Shown in pieces: positions 1-8,394 of a DNA stretch of 64,000 nt; position 1 is the first letter of the stretch; every line of letters begins with the position of its first letter. Source of the DNA: an uncultured bacterium. GTDB lineage: Bacteria; Patescibacteriota; Doudnabacteria; UBA920. The DNA lies in the NCBI GenBank assembly GCA_963749445.1, contig CAVVMJ010000007.1:9971-73970 (forward strand), written 5' to 3'. The notes beneath the pieces were generated by a model that ran no database searches, was not told the origin of the DNA, and was given only the letters and a program-made list of their open reading frames with translations. The position numbers and the translations under genes are program-made.

Positions 1-573
1 TAAACTTTCCAAAAAATCCCTGGCGTACCACTGCCGCAAATTCCAGAGATCAACGAAAGTCTGCACAGGCGGCGTCAGTTGGCCGAAAACTTTCAGGCGC
101 GGATCCGCGGCCAGGATCGCCAGATTGGGGAAGTCGGACGAGGCCAAAGGGAAGCGCTTGATAATCTCCGGCAAAAAATTTTCGTCCGCGTAAACGTAAA
201 CGTCCGCGTAATCGGCCGGAGTTAAACGGTACTGCCGGACAAACGCGCTGAACGCGCCATAAATTACTCCGGGCGGCATTAATCCCTCTATATCCAGGGG
301 CGAGTTTACCGAAACCTTTGTCTGGTATATTATATCATTCTCCAATTTGCGGTTGCTGGCCCAGAGCAGCAAAAACTTTTCCCTGTCCCGAACCCTAAAA
401 TTCCTGCCGGTTATTTCAATTGCCCCAGCTCTTTTTGGCAAGGCCATGGCGTTATTAACGGTGGATAGCGAAAAACCCAAACGGCCCGCCAGTTCCTTTT
501 GCGTAAAAACATACTGTTTCTTTTGGAAACAATCGTTTAATATTTCTCTCCAGATTTGTTCCTTTTTGAGCAT
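1..573 (-). CDS. TrmB-like HTH transcriptional regulator (3' end runs off window; no stop seen)
   Basis: Minus-strand ORF in frame from ATG at 571-573 to position 1 with no stop triplets. Translation MLKKEQIWREILNDCFQKKQYVFTQKELAGRLGFSLSTVNNAMA... has a winged-HTH-like N-terminus resembling the two other TrmB-family ORFs in the window. Confidence 0.5.
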   Translation of the reverse strand, partial: MLKKEQIWREILNDCFQKKQYVFTQKELAGRLGFSLSTVNNAMALPKRAGAIEITGRNFRVRDREKFLLLWASNRKLENDIIYQTKVSVNSPLDIEGLMPPGVIYGAFSAFVRQYRLTPADYADVYVYADENFLPEIIKRFPLASSDFPNLAILAADPRLKVFGQLTPPVQTFVDLWNLRQWYARDFLESL

Positions 574-816
574 ATCTGATATGTTTCGGTTTACTAACTA
601 TTTGATTAACCTCTTTTCTATTATATTAGAAACATAATAATTGGTCAAGTTACAAAATAATATGTGTAGTTTTTATGAGTGATATTATATTATTTGCCTT
701 ATATAAAAGGCTTTATTATTTAAATAGTTGATAAAAACCTTATTTTGTGCTATCATTGATGGTTAATTTCATAAAAGTACTTGTTTTGCTTGTGGTGGGC
801 AAAACCCTGTAAATTC

Positions 817-850
817 ATGCCCCCAAAGTCTTTTTGGGGGTTTTTGTTTC
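817..850 (+). terminator. intrinsic terminator-like hairpin (GCCCCCAAAGTCTTTTTGGGGG followed by T-run)
   Basis: Perfect 8-bp GC stem followed by TTTTTGTTT on the plus strand. Confidence 0.4.
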
Positions 851-1068
851 TCCCAAACAATTCGTCTGGCATTACCACCACTAATGCTTAATGAATTGCC
901 GGGTAGAAACACAAGGAGTTATTTCCGATAAATCCGACTTTCTGATTTATCTGACTGATTCCGAATTTACCGGGTTTTCCTCTCCATAAGTCGTCCCGAC
1001 TTAATACATTCAATTTATACGGGACATTATGAGAGGGCGATGGCAATATCGCAGCGGCAATTTTATAA

Positions 1069-1797
1069 TTGAGCCGCAGACGTGCACGGCGTTTCCCGTG
1101 CGGGCACCTTAACAATCGAGAAAACCAAATGTTAAAACTAACGTCTGACCCGGTTCGGACCATGGGTCCGAACAATCACTCGGTTGTGATTGGCGTTACG
1201 ATTATCGGCGACAGAAGAACGCCGGTGGTGAACGCAGACGTGCTCCTAAAGCTGGACTCACGAGATTGGGGCACACGAAAGACAAACCGTAATGGCCAAA
1301 TCGAACCGACGGAAGTGACTGCCATCCCCGATGGCAGTTTCAATGGCAACGGCAAACTGACGGTGGAGGCAATCCGCGTCGGCGCACCGGGGGATATGGA
1401 TCGCAAGATTATTGACATCCCAATGCCTCAACCCAAACCCGAACCCGCGGCAGTGGAAAGCATTGCCGTGACCAACGCGACTGAAGGCATTGTCTTGTGC
1501 TCCGGTTTCAACGGAACGCTCGAGATCGCCTTAGGGTTTGAGCAGGGAAAGAAGTCTCGCCCTGTCAGACTGAAAGTTTCGGCCGACCACAGGGTAGATT
1601 TTGCCAACGATAAAACGGGCACGCCTTTAGGCGCGAACGTAAAGTCGTGCGCGGCAACTACTTCGGCAGACGGAGTGCTCCGTCTGCGCGTCAACTTCCT
1701 GGCCTGCGGTCGGGACGAAGTCGAGATCAAAGTATCGGTCCCGAACTCGTCCAAAACTGCTACCGCCAAACTCAAATACAAAATGTTCGAAACTTAG
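1069..1797 (+). CDS. hypothetical protein, first gene of the GC-rich island (true start probably ATG 1129 or 1162)
   Basis: 242-aa ORF at about 60% GC against AT-rich flanks. No recognisable domain. The first codon of the ORF is TTG. Confidence 0.45.
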   Translation: MSRRRARRFPCGHLNNRENQMLKLTSDPVRTMGPNNHSVVIGVTIIGDRRTPVVNADVLLKLDSRDWGTRKTNRNGQIEPTEVTAIPDGSFNGNGKLTVEAIRVGAPGDMDRKIIDIPMPQPKPEPAAVESIAVTNATEGIVLCSGFNGTLEIALGFEQGKKSRPVRLKVSADHRVDFANDKTGTPLGANVKSCAATTSADGVLRLRVNFLACGRDEVEIKVSVPNSSKTATAKLKYKMFET

Positions 1798-1810
1798 GAG
1801 AGATAGACTG

Positions 1811-2788
1811 ATGACTCGTCACACACCCACATCCGCTGCACCGCCGCCGGCACCACCCGTGGCAACCGCACCGGCACCCCTCGCACCCGCAGTCATCCCG
1901 GCACAGGCACCCCTCGCACCCGCCACAATTCCGATCCCGGGAGGACACCACCTTAGCGACAAAACTTTGGTGACACTCGACATCCTCGTTGGAATCATCA
2001 CCGCTCTGTTCGGCCACGAAATCGGCCGCCAAGCGGGAAAGTGGTTCCAGGGAGCCAAACGCGGCTTGCAACAGATCGGTACGCCCGGGACAGCAACCGG
2101 GGTCACCATCTCAGGCAACGCACCCGCTCACATCGACCCCACCATCCATAGCGCCCTCCTAGGCATTGGACCGTGGGACGAAGCCGCCACTGGCATGACG
2201 CTGGGTGCTGCTTTCCGGCGGGCATTTCAACGCTTGTTGGAAGCAACCGGCACGCCAATGGAAGCGCCCATCCGCGCCGCGCTTGCCCAGCTGGAACAGA
2301 CTGTCGGCTTCATCGCCAACAAGCTCAACCAGCACCAGCGCGACTTCCTCCGCGAAGTCGTCGGCAAGCTCAAGACGGCTGAACTCCAGAACCTCTTCTG
2401 GCAGGACTTGGTCCTCGCCAGCAAGGACGAAACCGGTTTCATAAACTTTATGAAGGCAATGGGGATCGTCCACGAGCCGAACGAACTCACCCAGGAACTC
2501 GCGATTGCTATTGCCTATGGTTTCGAGCAGGCGAATGTGATCCGGGTCCAAATGGTGACCACGCTCACAGTTCGCTACGACGCCCGTTCCGACGCTGCCA
2601 GACAGCGCTGGTTCACCGCACATGGGCAACTCGCTCAAGGGCAGCCCGTTCAACAAAACGCGACGCCGTTCTGGCGCCGCCGCACGATATGGCTCGTCAT
2701 TGGACTGGCCATTCTGGCAGTGGCTCTATTTCTAGGCCTGCCCCACATCTACCTCAACCTTCGAAATTGGGAATGGAGTTGGAAATGA
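1811..2788 (+). CDS. hypothetical Pro/Ala-rich protein with C-terminal transmembrane anchor
   Basis: GGAG 8 nt upstream of the ATG. N-terminal PAPP/APLAP repeats and a C-terminal hydrophobic helix (IWLVIGLAILAVALFLGL). Confidence 0.55.
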   Translation: MTRHTPTSAAPPPAPPVATAPAPLAPAVIPAQAPLAPATIPIPGGHHLSDKTLVTLDILVGIITALFGHEIGRQAGKWFQGAKRGLQQIGTPGTATGVTISGNAPAHIDPTIHSALLGIGPWDEAATGMTLGAAFRRAFQRLLEATGTPMEAPIRAALAQLEQTVGFIANKLNQHQRDFLREVVGKLKTAELQNLFWQDLVLASKDETGFINFMKAMGIVHEPNELTQELAIAIAYGFEQANVIRVQMVTTLTVRYDARSDAARQRWFTAHGQLAQGQPVQQNATPFWRRRTIWLVIGLAILAVALFLGLPHIYLNLRNWEWSWK

Positions 2789-4197
2789 CGAATCTAGGAA
2801 GAATCGGAAGGTCGATCGGCACAATGGTGTCCGGTCTGGAAGCGAGGATTTTGGGCTGGATTAGCGCTCATGTCTCGCTAACGCCGCGCGCCTTCGGCAC
2901 GTGGCTTGACGAACACAATTTCATCCGGCTGGAAAACGGCGCGCCTGTCACGGACTACGCCGGTTTCTTCCGCTGGACACGCAACTCGCTCCTGTCCCTG
3001 ATGGCACTGACTTTATTGCTCGAAGCCTACACCATAGTCATCGGGACATTCAACAACACCCCGCTCGGCCTCGGCATAAGCTTAGGTTTCGGTGTGGCAG
3101 TGTTCGGCATCGCGTCGGTGGTCTGGATTTGGAGGACCATCGGCCGCGTCAACGAAGGCTTGGCCTGGATTTTCACTCTGGCCACTGCCACCCTTGCCCT
3201 AATTGGCTTAGGGACTCCGACTTACCAGTACTACGCCGCGGGGAACCTCGCCAAACTTTCGGCAAAAGATATCCAAAATCTGATCGCGGCAGGCATTCCG
3301 CGAATCTGGGCTATGGCGGGCTTTTGCCTGCTCAGCCTGATCGTTCTTCCGCTTACCTGGATGACCACTCTGGGGCCCGCCCTGCTGTCCCTGGCTTTCG
3401 CCAAGACGGCAGAAGGTCTGGAAACGGCGTGGACAGAAATCCGGAAAATATTCTCGCACGATAGGGAAGTAGCGGAAGCCGCTGCGGAAAACCTCCGCAA
3501 GCGGACAGAAACACAGACCGGCCTGCTCATGCTCACATGGGCGATCCTGGCGCTGTTTACTCTCTCTATTATTCTCTCGTCCACGGTCTGGGGGCCTTTC
3601 GGCGGCTTGGTCATCGGTATGACCGCAATCGTGCCGGTATGGATACGACGGTGGAATATGTTCTTGGGAACTTTCTTAACCAAGGCACTCTACGGCGTAG
3701 CCACAGGAGGGCTGATCTTTATCTGCTTCCTGTACGGCCTTTCACTCTCGGCCTTGATGCTGATTCCCGACCAAATTTCGCTCAACGCACTGCTAGTAAT
3801 CAAGTGGGCCAGCTTCCTAATCGGTCTCGCTTCGGCAGTTGGAGTGTTGTTTACCTCCACCACGGCCAGCAAACAGAACGAACTGGAAGCCGGCATGGGG
3901 GAAATTCAGCCCTACACCAGAAAGGTCACGGGTTTCGGGACTGATGGGCAGCCGATTTTTGAAGCTGTTCACCCCAAACCGACGTCCTTCGCCTGGGTCA
4001 AGCCCACGGTCTTCGGTGCTGTTGTCATCGCTCTGGTTGCCTATGTGCACTACAACGGCAACCCGCTTTCCGGCACCAGCCCGCTCAAGCTGGTCGCTTA
4101 CACAATGGTTGTCGGCTTGATCCTTATTCTCTTTGGGATCTTTTCCGGCGGCAAGACGCAAGCCACCCCTACACAGGAGGTGCGCCATGACCACTAG
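2785..4197 (+). CDS. hypothetical polytopic membrane protein (at least 10 predicted TM helices)
   Basis: ATGA start/stop overlap with the upstream gene and GGAG upstream. Long hydrophobic segments throughout. The longer track ORF from 2689 would overlap the previous gene by 100 nt. Confidence 0.5.
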   Translation: MTNLGRIGRSIGTMVSGLEARILGWISAHVSLTPRAFGTWLDEHNFIRLENGAPVTDYAGFFRWTRNSLLSLMALTLLLEAYTIVIGTFNNTPLGLGISLGFGVAVFGIASVVWIWRTIGRVNEGLAWIFTLATATLALIGLGTPTYQYYAAGNLAKLSAKDIQNLIAAGIPRIWAMAGFCLLSLIVLPLTWMTTLGPALLSLAFAKTAEGLETAWTEIRKIFSHDREVAEAAAENLRKRTETQTGLLMLTWAILALFTLSIILSSTVWGPFGGLVIGMTAIVPVWIRRWNMFLGTFLTKALYGVATGGLIFICFLYGLSLSALMLIPDQISLNALLVIKWASFLIGLASAVGVLFTSTTASKQNELEAGMGEIQPYTRKVTGFGTDGQPIFEAVHPKPTSFAWVKPTVFGAVVIALVAYVHYNGNPLSGTSPLKLVAYTMVVGLILILFGIFSGGKTQATPTQEVRHDH

Positions 4198-4771
4198 GAA
4201 AAAGTGCATCGTCATCGGCACTTTAATCGTCGGCGCAGCAGCCGCTGTGCTCCTCGGCTATTACGTAGGCATTGGCAAGTACGCGCCCAGCGAACAGGCG
4301 GCCTACAACCGCCTTCACGCGGCGAACAACTGGGAGTTTGAGGGGAAAACAAGCGATGTTGAAGACAAGCAAGTTCCCCTCGCCGACAAGGTTGCTCAAG
4401 TCAACGTCCTAGCCGTGCAAAAACGCACTCTGGACGCGCAAATCGGCCACCCGGAGCTGACCAACTGCCGGACGCAACCCGGCAAGGACAAGGACGGCAA
4501 GCCAATACTGGTGTCCGAGCCGTGCCCCGGCGGCGTCTCCGCGGCAATCTACAGGGGCAAAGAGGCCGTCATAACGGTCCAGCTCCTAACTTACAGCAAC
4601 GACGAACTCCCGCTCAATGTCGCACCGACCCTCGTCGGCGACGAGCAACTCGGTGGGACAGCAGTACCCCTGGGCAACAACCGGTTCCGCGTGTCGGGAC
4701 TGGTGTATGACCAGGAAAAAATCGCCGGCGGATACAAGATTCGCGTTACGCCGGAAGGAGGAGGAAACTAA
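4185..4771 (+). CDS. hypothetical membrane-anchored protein (N-terminal TM, extracytoplasmic domain)
   Basis: GGAGG upstream. The ATG overlaps the upstream stop by 11 nt. MTTRKKCIVIGTLIVGAAAAVLLGYYV signal-anchor. Confidence 0.5.
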
Positions 4772-5000
4772 TGAGAGACAGGATCCCGTGGCCTCGATCG
4801 ACAATTGACAGTAATGATTGCCCGACGAGGTGTAGGGAACCGACTTGGACAGGAGAGAAAAACAAATAATTAAGCAATTATTTCTCTCCCGTCCGTTTTA
4901 AAAGCCGTCATAGATTAACCTTATCATTCTCCCCCAAATCATGAGGAGATACCCCGCCGAAGGCGGAACAGAGAGGTTAAACTATGGCGGCTTTTAAATT

Positions 5001-5027
5001 GGCCACATTCCATTTTGGAATGTGGCC
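5001..5027. terminator. perfect 12-bp hairpin GGCCACATTCCA-TTTT-GGAATGTGGCC between convergent genes
   Basis: Palindrome seen directly. It lies between the end of the + island operon and the end of the - strand pilin-like gene. Confidence 0.45.
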
Positions 5028-5060
5028 ATCCCGAACGAAGTGAGGAATCTATTTAACTTT

Positions 5061-5765
5061 TTAATTAGTTGTCTGGGTTGTAGTGCCCCGCTGTAAAATG
5101 TCGGAGGTCGTTAAGGTGGAGGTAATAATCGTAACAATGGAGTAAGCCAAAATTACCACTACCAAACCGACAATCGCGTTAATCAAAGCTTTTTTGCCTT
5201 TTTCCGACTGCTCCTCATTGCCCGCGGACGTAATGTACCAAAACCCGCCGACAATTAACGCGACCACCGCTATCAATCCGGAAAGAATCAATAAATACTT
5301 TATAACGACAAAAATCAAATCCACCAAGGTTCCCGCGCCTGCCGGGCTGCCGGCAGTATAAGTATTTGCCGGTACGCAAAAGCCGTTGATTTGCACCAGT
5401 CGGCTGTCGCCGCAAGGGCCACTCACCGTGGAAGGGATGGTTGGATTTAAGTTCACTCCTCCGCTATTTTGATACGCAGTACAAACCGGATCGTTCGGGT
5501 AGCTGTTGCAACAAGCTAACCCGGTTAAGCCCGAAGAGGCGCAGTCAACTTGCTTTGGCCCGACAATTCCGCCGGCAACGCAGGCACTTCCTGAATAAGT
5601 GCATCCCACTGTATTTGCGCACTGGATCGGATCAGCAATACCGGTACAATTATCGGCTTTAGCCAACAAAGGCCCACATGCCAAAAAACTAAAGGCCAAA
5701 GCAAAAACTGCAAAAAACACAAGTCCTGTCAGTTTATCAAATTGCAATTTGCTATTTTTTTTCAT
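5061..5765 (-). CDS. secreted Cys-rich surface protein with C-terminal VirB2/TrbC-like two-helix pilin module (paralog 1)
   Basis: Signal peptide and 16 Cys in the ectodomain. C-terminal motif IVGGFWYITSAGNEEQSEKGKKALINAIVGLVVVILAYSIV is shared with five neighbouring ORFs. Confidence 0.6.
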   Translation of the reverse strand: MKKNSKLQFDKLTGLVFFAVFALAFSFLACGPLLAKADNCTGIADPIQCANTVGCTYSGSACVAGGIVGPKQVDCASSGLTGLACCNSYPNDPVCTAYQNSGGVNLNPTIPSTVSGPCGDSRLVQINGFCVPANTYTAGSPAGAGTLVDLIFVVIKYLLILSGLIAVVALIVGGFWYITSAGNEEQSEKGKKALINAIVGLVVVILAYSIVTIITSTLTTSDILQRGTTTQTTN

Positions 5766-5774
5766 CGCGAAAAT

Positions 5775-6173
5775 TTAAACCCCGAGCCCGCCGGTAATGG
5801 TATTTTCAATGACCGTAATAATTGTATAAGCCAAAATAATAATCACAATGCCGATAATGGCATTGATTAAAGTTTTTTTGCCTTTTTCCGACTGCTCCTC
5901 GTTGCCGGACGCGGTAATGTAATAGTACCCGCCGATAATAATGAACAGCACGGCAATGGCGCCGGCAAACAGCAGCATCAGCTTAATGACATCATAAATC
6001 AAATGCGGCAAATCCGGCTCCTGGGACAGCCCGCCGATGCCGAACAAATCCCTTAAACCGCCTATGCCGGTCAGCCCCTGGCCGACCGCGCTGGTCTGGG
6101 CAAAAACCATAGCCGGCAAAAATAGCAAAGCGGAAGATATCCAGGCAAATATTTTTTTGACTGTTTGTTTCAT
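5775..6173 (-). CDS. VirB2/TrbC-like pilin-family protein (paralog 2, minimal form)
   Basis: Signal peptide followed by IIGGYYYITASGNEEQSEKGKKTLINAIIGIVIIILAYTII. Confidence 0.6.
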   Translation of the reverse strand: MKQTVKKIFAWISSALLFLPAMVFAQTSAVGQGLTGIGGLRDLFGIGGLSQEPDLPHLIYDVIKLMLLFAGAIAVLFIIIGGYYYITASGNEEQSEKGKKTLINAIIGIVIIILAYTIITVIENTITGGLGV

Positions 6174-6214
6174 AAGATTGTGCTTCTAATTATTAAAAGT
6201 TAATTAAACACCAA

Positions 6215-6392
6215 TCAGAATGTCGGAATGTCGAATTAATCGGAGGGGTCATTTCCAAAATTTTTCCAATTTGTTATTAACCGATTAATTTGTTCAGAAA
6301 CTAAGACCAATCTTTATTGCCTGTATACGTCCAACTACCCGACCTCCGATATTCTGATTTATCCGATTATTCCGACTTCTGATTCCAAACTC
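6215..6392. repeat. MITE-like intergenic repeat module with about 17-bp terminal inverted repeats (AATCAGAATGTCGGAAT / ATTCCGACTTCTGATT)
   Basis: The internal 150 bp is homologous to 7947-8030 plus 8345-8470. Related fragments (GATTTATCCGA, ATTCCGAC) also occur at 930-990. Confidence 0.45.
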
Positions 6393-6548
6393 AGGGGCAG
6401 AACCAGTTCCGCCCGAGAGCCCGGAGCCGAAATTTTCGGCCGACCGTTTAGTGTCATTGCGAGGAGGCCGGGGCTTTGTCCGGCCGACGCGGCAATCCCT
6501 TCTTTTGATAAGATTGCTTCGGCTGCTACTGCAATGACACTAAATTTT

Positions 6549-6941
6549 TTAGCTGGATGACTTGGAAACCAAACCGGCCACCACGTTAACGATTACGTAG
6601 GACAAAAGAATAATGACAATACCGATAATGGCGTTAATGGCCGTGTTCTTGCCTTTTTCCGCGGTTTCCTCATTGCCGGCGGAGGTAATGTACCAGAAGC
6701 CGCCAATGATTAAGAACAACACGGCAATACCAAAGGCGATCCCTAGGAGCCAATTGATGATATTTTTAATCAACGCGTTAGCATCGGTAGTGCCGCAGTT
6801 TAATCCGGTTCCGGAGCAGTTAGGAGCGGTCAGCTGCGCCTGTCCAAAATGCAATGGGACAAACACAAAAATCGCCACCAACACCAGCTCAGCGACCACT
6901 AACCAATTGATTTTCTTGATTATTTGTTTCAAGCTGTTCAC
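6549..6941 (-). CDS. VirB2/TrbC-like pilin-family protein (paralog 3)
   Basis: Signal peptide, CSGTGLNCG ectodomain, then IIGGFWYITSAGNEETAEKGKNTAINAIIGIVIILLSYVIV. Confidence 0.6.
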   Translation of the reverse strand: MNSLKQIIKKINWLVVAELVLVAIFVFVPLHFGQAQLTAPNCSGTGLNCGTTDANALIKNIINWLLGIAFGIAVLFLIIGGFWYITSAGNEETAEKGKNTAINAIIGIVIILLSYVIVNVVAGLVSKSSS

Positions 6942-7061
6942 CCCCTCTCGTTTCCCTTTCCCTCTCCCTCGGGGAGAGGGCAGGGTGAGGGTTAATTTGC
7001 TGACATTATTATACTACGATTCCTAATTTTTGGCCATCTCTATCTTTTTGGCACACGGTTG

Positions 7062-7946
7062 TCATCTCGGGCTCGGCCCAGGCGTAGGATAGGTTAAATT
7101 CTTATTGGTGGCTTGGCCGCAAACAAAAGTTTGCACCTCCTGCCCGGGCTGTATGGGTTTCTGGGAAGCCATGGCCACGGCCCAGCCGCTTGCGTTTTGC
7201 GTATAGTTTGATTGCATATAATCCGCGCCGTCAACTTTTACGGTAAAAGAGATAGGACTTACATCGCCACATATCATCGCAATCTGTGCCAATAAATCTC
7301 TTTCGCCAGTAGAAATTGTGGAATTCACTAACAGGCCGGGATTTTTGGGCGTAATGACAATATTGTCCCCCAAATAATTTTTATTGGTGCTCCTAGCATT
7401 ACTGACATCCTGTAAACTGATGCCCGCGAACATCGGGTTGGAATAAGCATTGCCTCCTTGCGTACCCGCGACCGCCGGATTGGTGTTGGTATTAGCCGAC
7501 GGATTAGTTACTGCCGGGGTATTGCCATTGCCGGTACTGCCCCCGGTCAACCCGCTGGTTAGCAAATTAACCGTGATGCGGACTATGGCATAAGCCATAA
7601 TAATTACGACCAAACCGATAATCGCGCTGGTAATGGCCTTGCGGCCTTTTTCGGATTGCTCCTCGTTGCCCGCGGCCGTCAGGTACCAAAAACCGCCCAA
7701 AATTATGAACACTACGGCCACCAAGGCGGCAAATTCCAGCAATAACTGGATAACATTGCCCACGGCCTGCTGGGGCGTACATAGTTTGGGGAGGCCTTCA
7801 ATGGTATTTACCGGTTTGCCGTTAACGGTAATTTGAAACTGGCCAAAAAACTTGTTGCAATCAAATTGCGCCGACGCCGGCATGGCCAACAGCCAGCTGA
7901 AAAGGATTATCACCAGAAAAAATTGAAGCTTATGCGTTTTCTTCAT
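7062..7946 (-). CDS. VirB2/TrbC-like pilin-family protein with 170-aa C-terminal extension (paralog 4)
   Basis: Signal peptide. The conserved module ILGGFWYLTAAGNEEQSEKGRKAITSAIIGLVVIIMAYAIV is in the N-terminal half, followed by a Gly/Asn/Thr-rich linker and a C-terminal domain. Confidence 0.55.
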   Translation of the reverse strand: MKKTHKLQFFLVIILFSWLLAMPASAQFDCNKFFGQFQITVNGKPVNTIEGLPKLCTPQQAVGNVIQLLLEFAALVAVVFIILGGFWYLTAAGNEEQSEKGRKAITSAIIGLVVIIMAYAIVRITVNLLTSGLTGGSTGNGNTPAVTNPSANTNTNPAVAGTQGGNAYSNPMFAGISLQDVSNARSTNKNYLGDNIVITPKNPGLLVNSTISTGERDLLAQIAMICGDVSPISFTVKVDGADYMQSNYTQNASGWAVAMASQKPIQPGQEVQTFVCGQATNKNLTYPTPGPSPR

Positions 7947-7965
7947 AATTTTTCGGAAAATCGGA

Positions 7966-8307
7966 TTAATCGGAATTATCGGATCTGAAATTCTTCCAAT
8001 TGGTTATTAGTCGATTAATTTGCTTGGATACTATTTTATAGTGCTTGATTAGTGCTTCGCAGGTTTCGGGTTTAATATTCGGGAAACCAATGAGTTTAAT
8101 TTGTCTTAGATGGGTTATAACTTCATCCGAAGATCCCAACGCAATCCGCAAGTAACGCTTGAATTCTTTTTCCGAATTTCGTTTGGCAAAACCTTCGGTA
8201 ATTTGCGCCGGAACTCCTTTTGCCGCGCCCGTTAACTGGTCTTTTGTCCGAAACTCATTTTTTGGCAACAAATCTGCTAACCGGTAAATCGGCCTAATCA
8301 ACTTCAT
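7966..8307 (-). CDS. four-helix-bundle protein (23S rRNA IVS protein family)
   Basis: The sequence ...GAAKGVPAQITEGFAKRNSEKEFKRYLRIALGSSDEVITHLRQ... matches the four-helix-bundle family. The gene sits inside copy 2 of the repeat module. Confidence 0.55.
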   Translation of the reverse strand: MKLIRPIYRLADLLPKNEFRTKDQLTGAAKGVPAQITEGFAKRNSEKEFKRYLRIALGSSDEVITHLRQIKLIGFPNIKPETCEALIKHYKIVSKQINRLITNWKNFRSDNSD

Positions 8308-8394
8308 TGACCTTCTGATAAACCTCTAAATCCTCAACATCCTTTATCATAATTAAAAAATTAAGACCGGTTTTTATTGCCTATATCCATCCAA

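Noticed and set aside
347-637. Track ORF 347..637 (+)
   Set aside because: It is antisense to the better-supported TrmB-like ORF 1..573.
1772-4808. Many alternative-frame ORFs inside the GC-rich island (for example 1819..2118, 3231..3683, 3817..4221, 4522..4710)
   Set aside because: High-GC DNA generates long stop-free antisense or offset frames. The four chosen genes have SD sites and operon-style overlaps.
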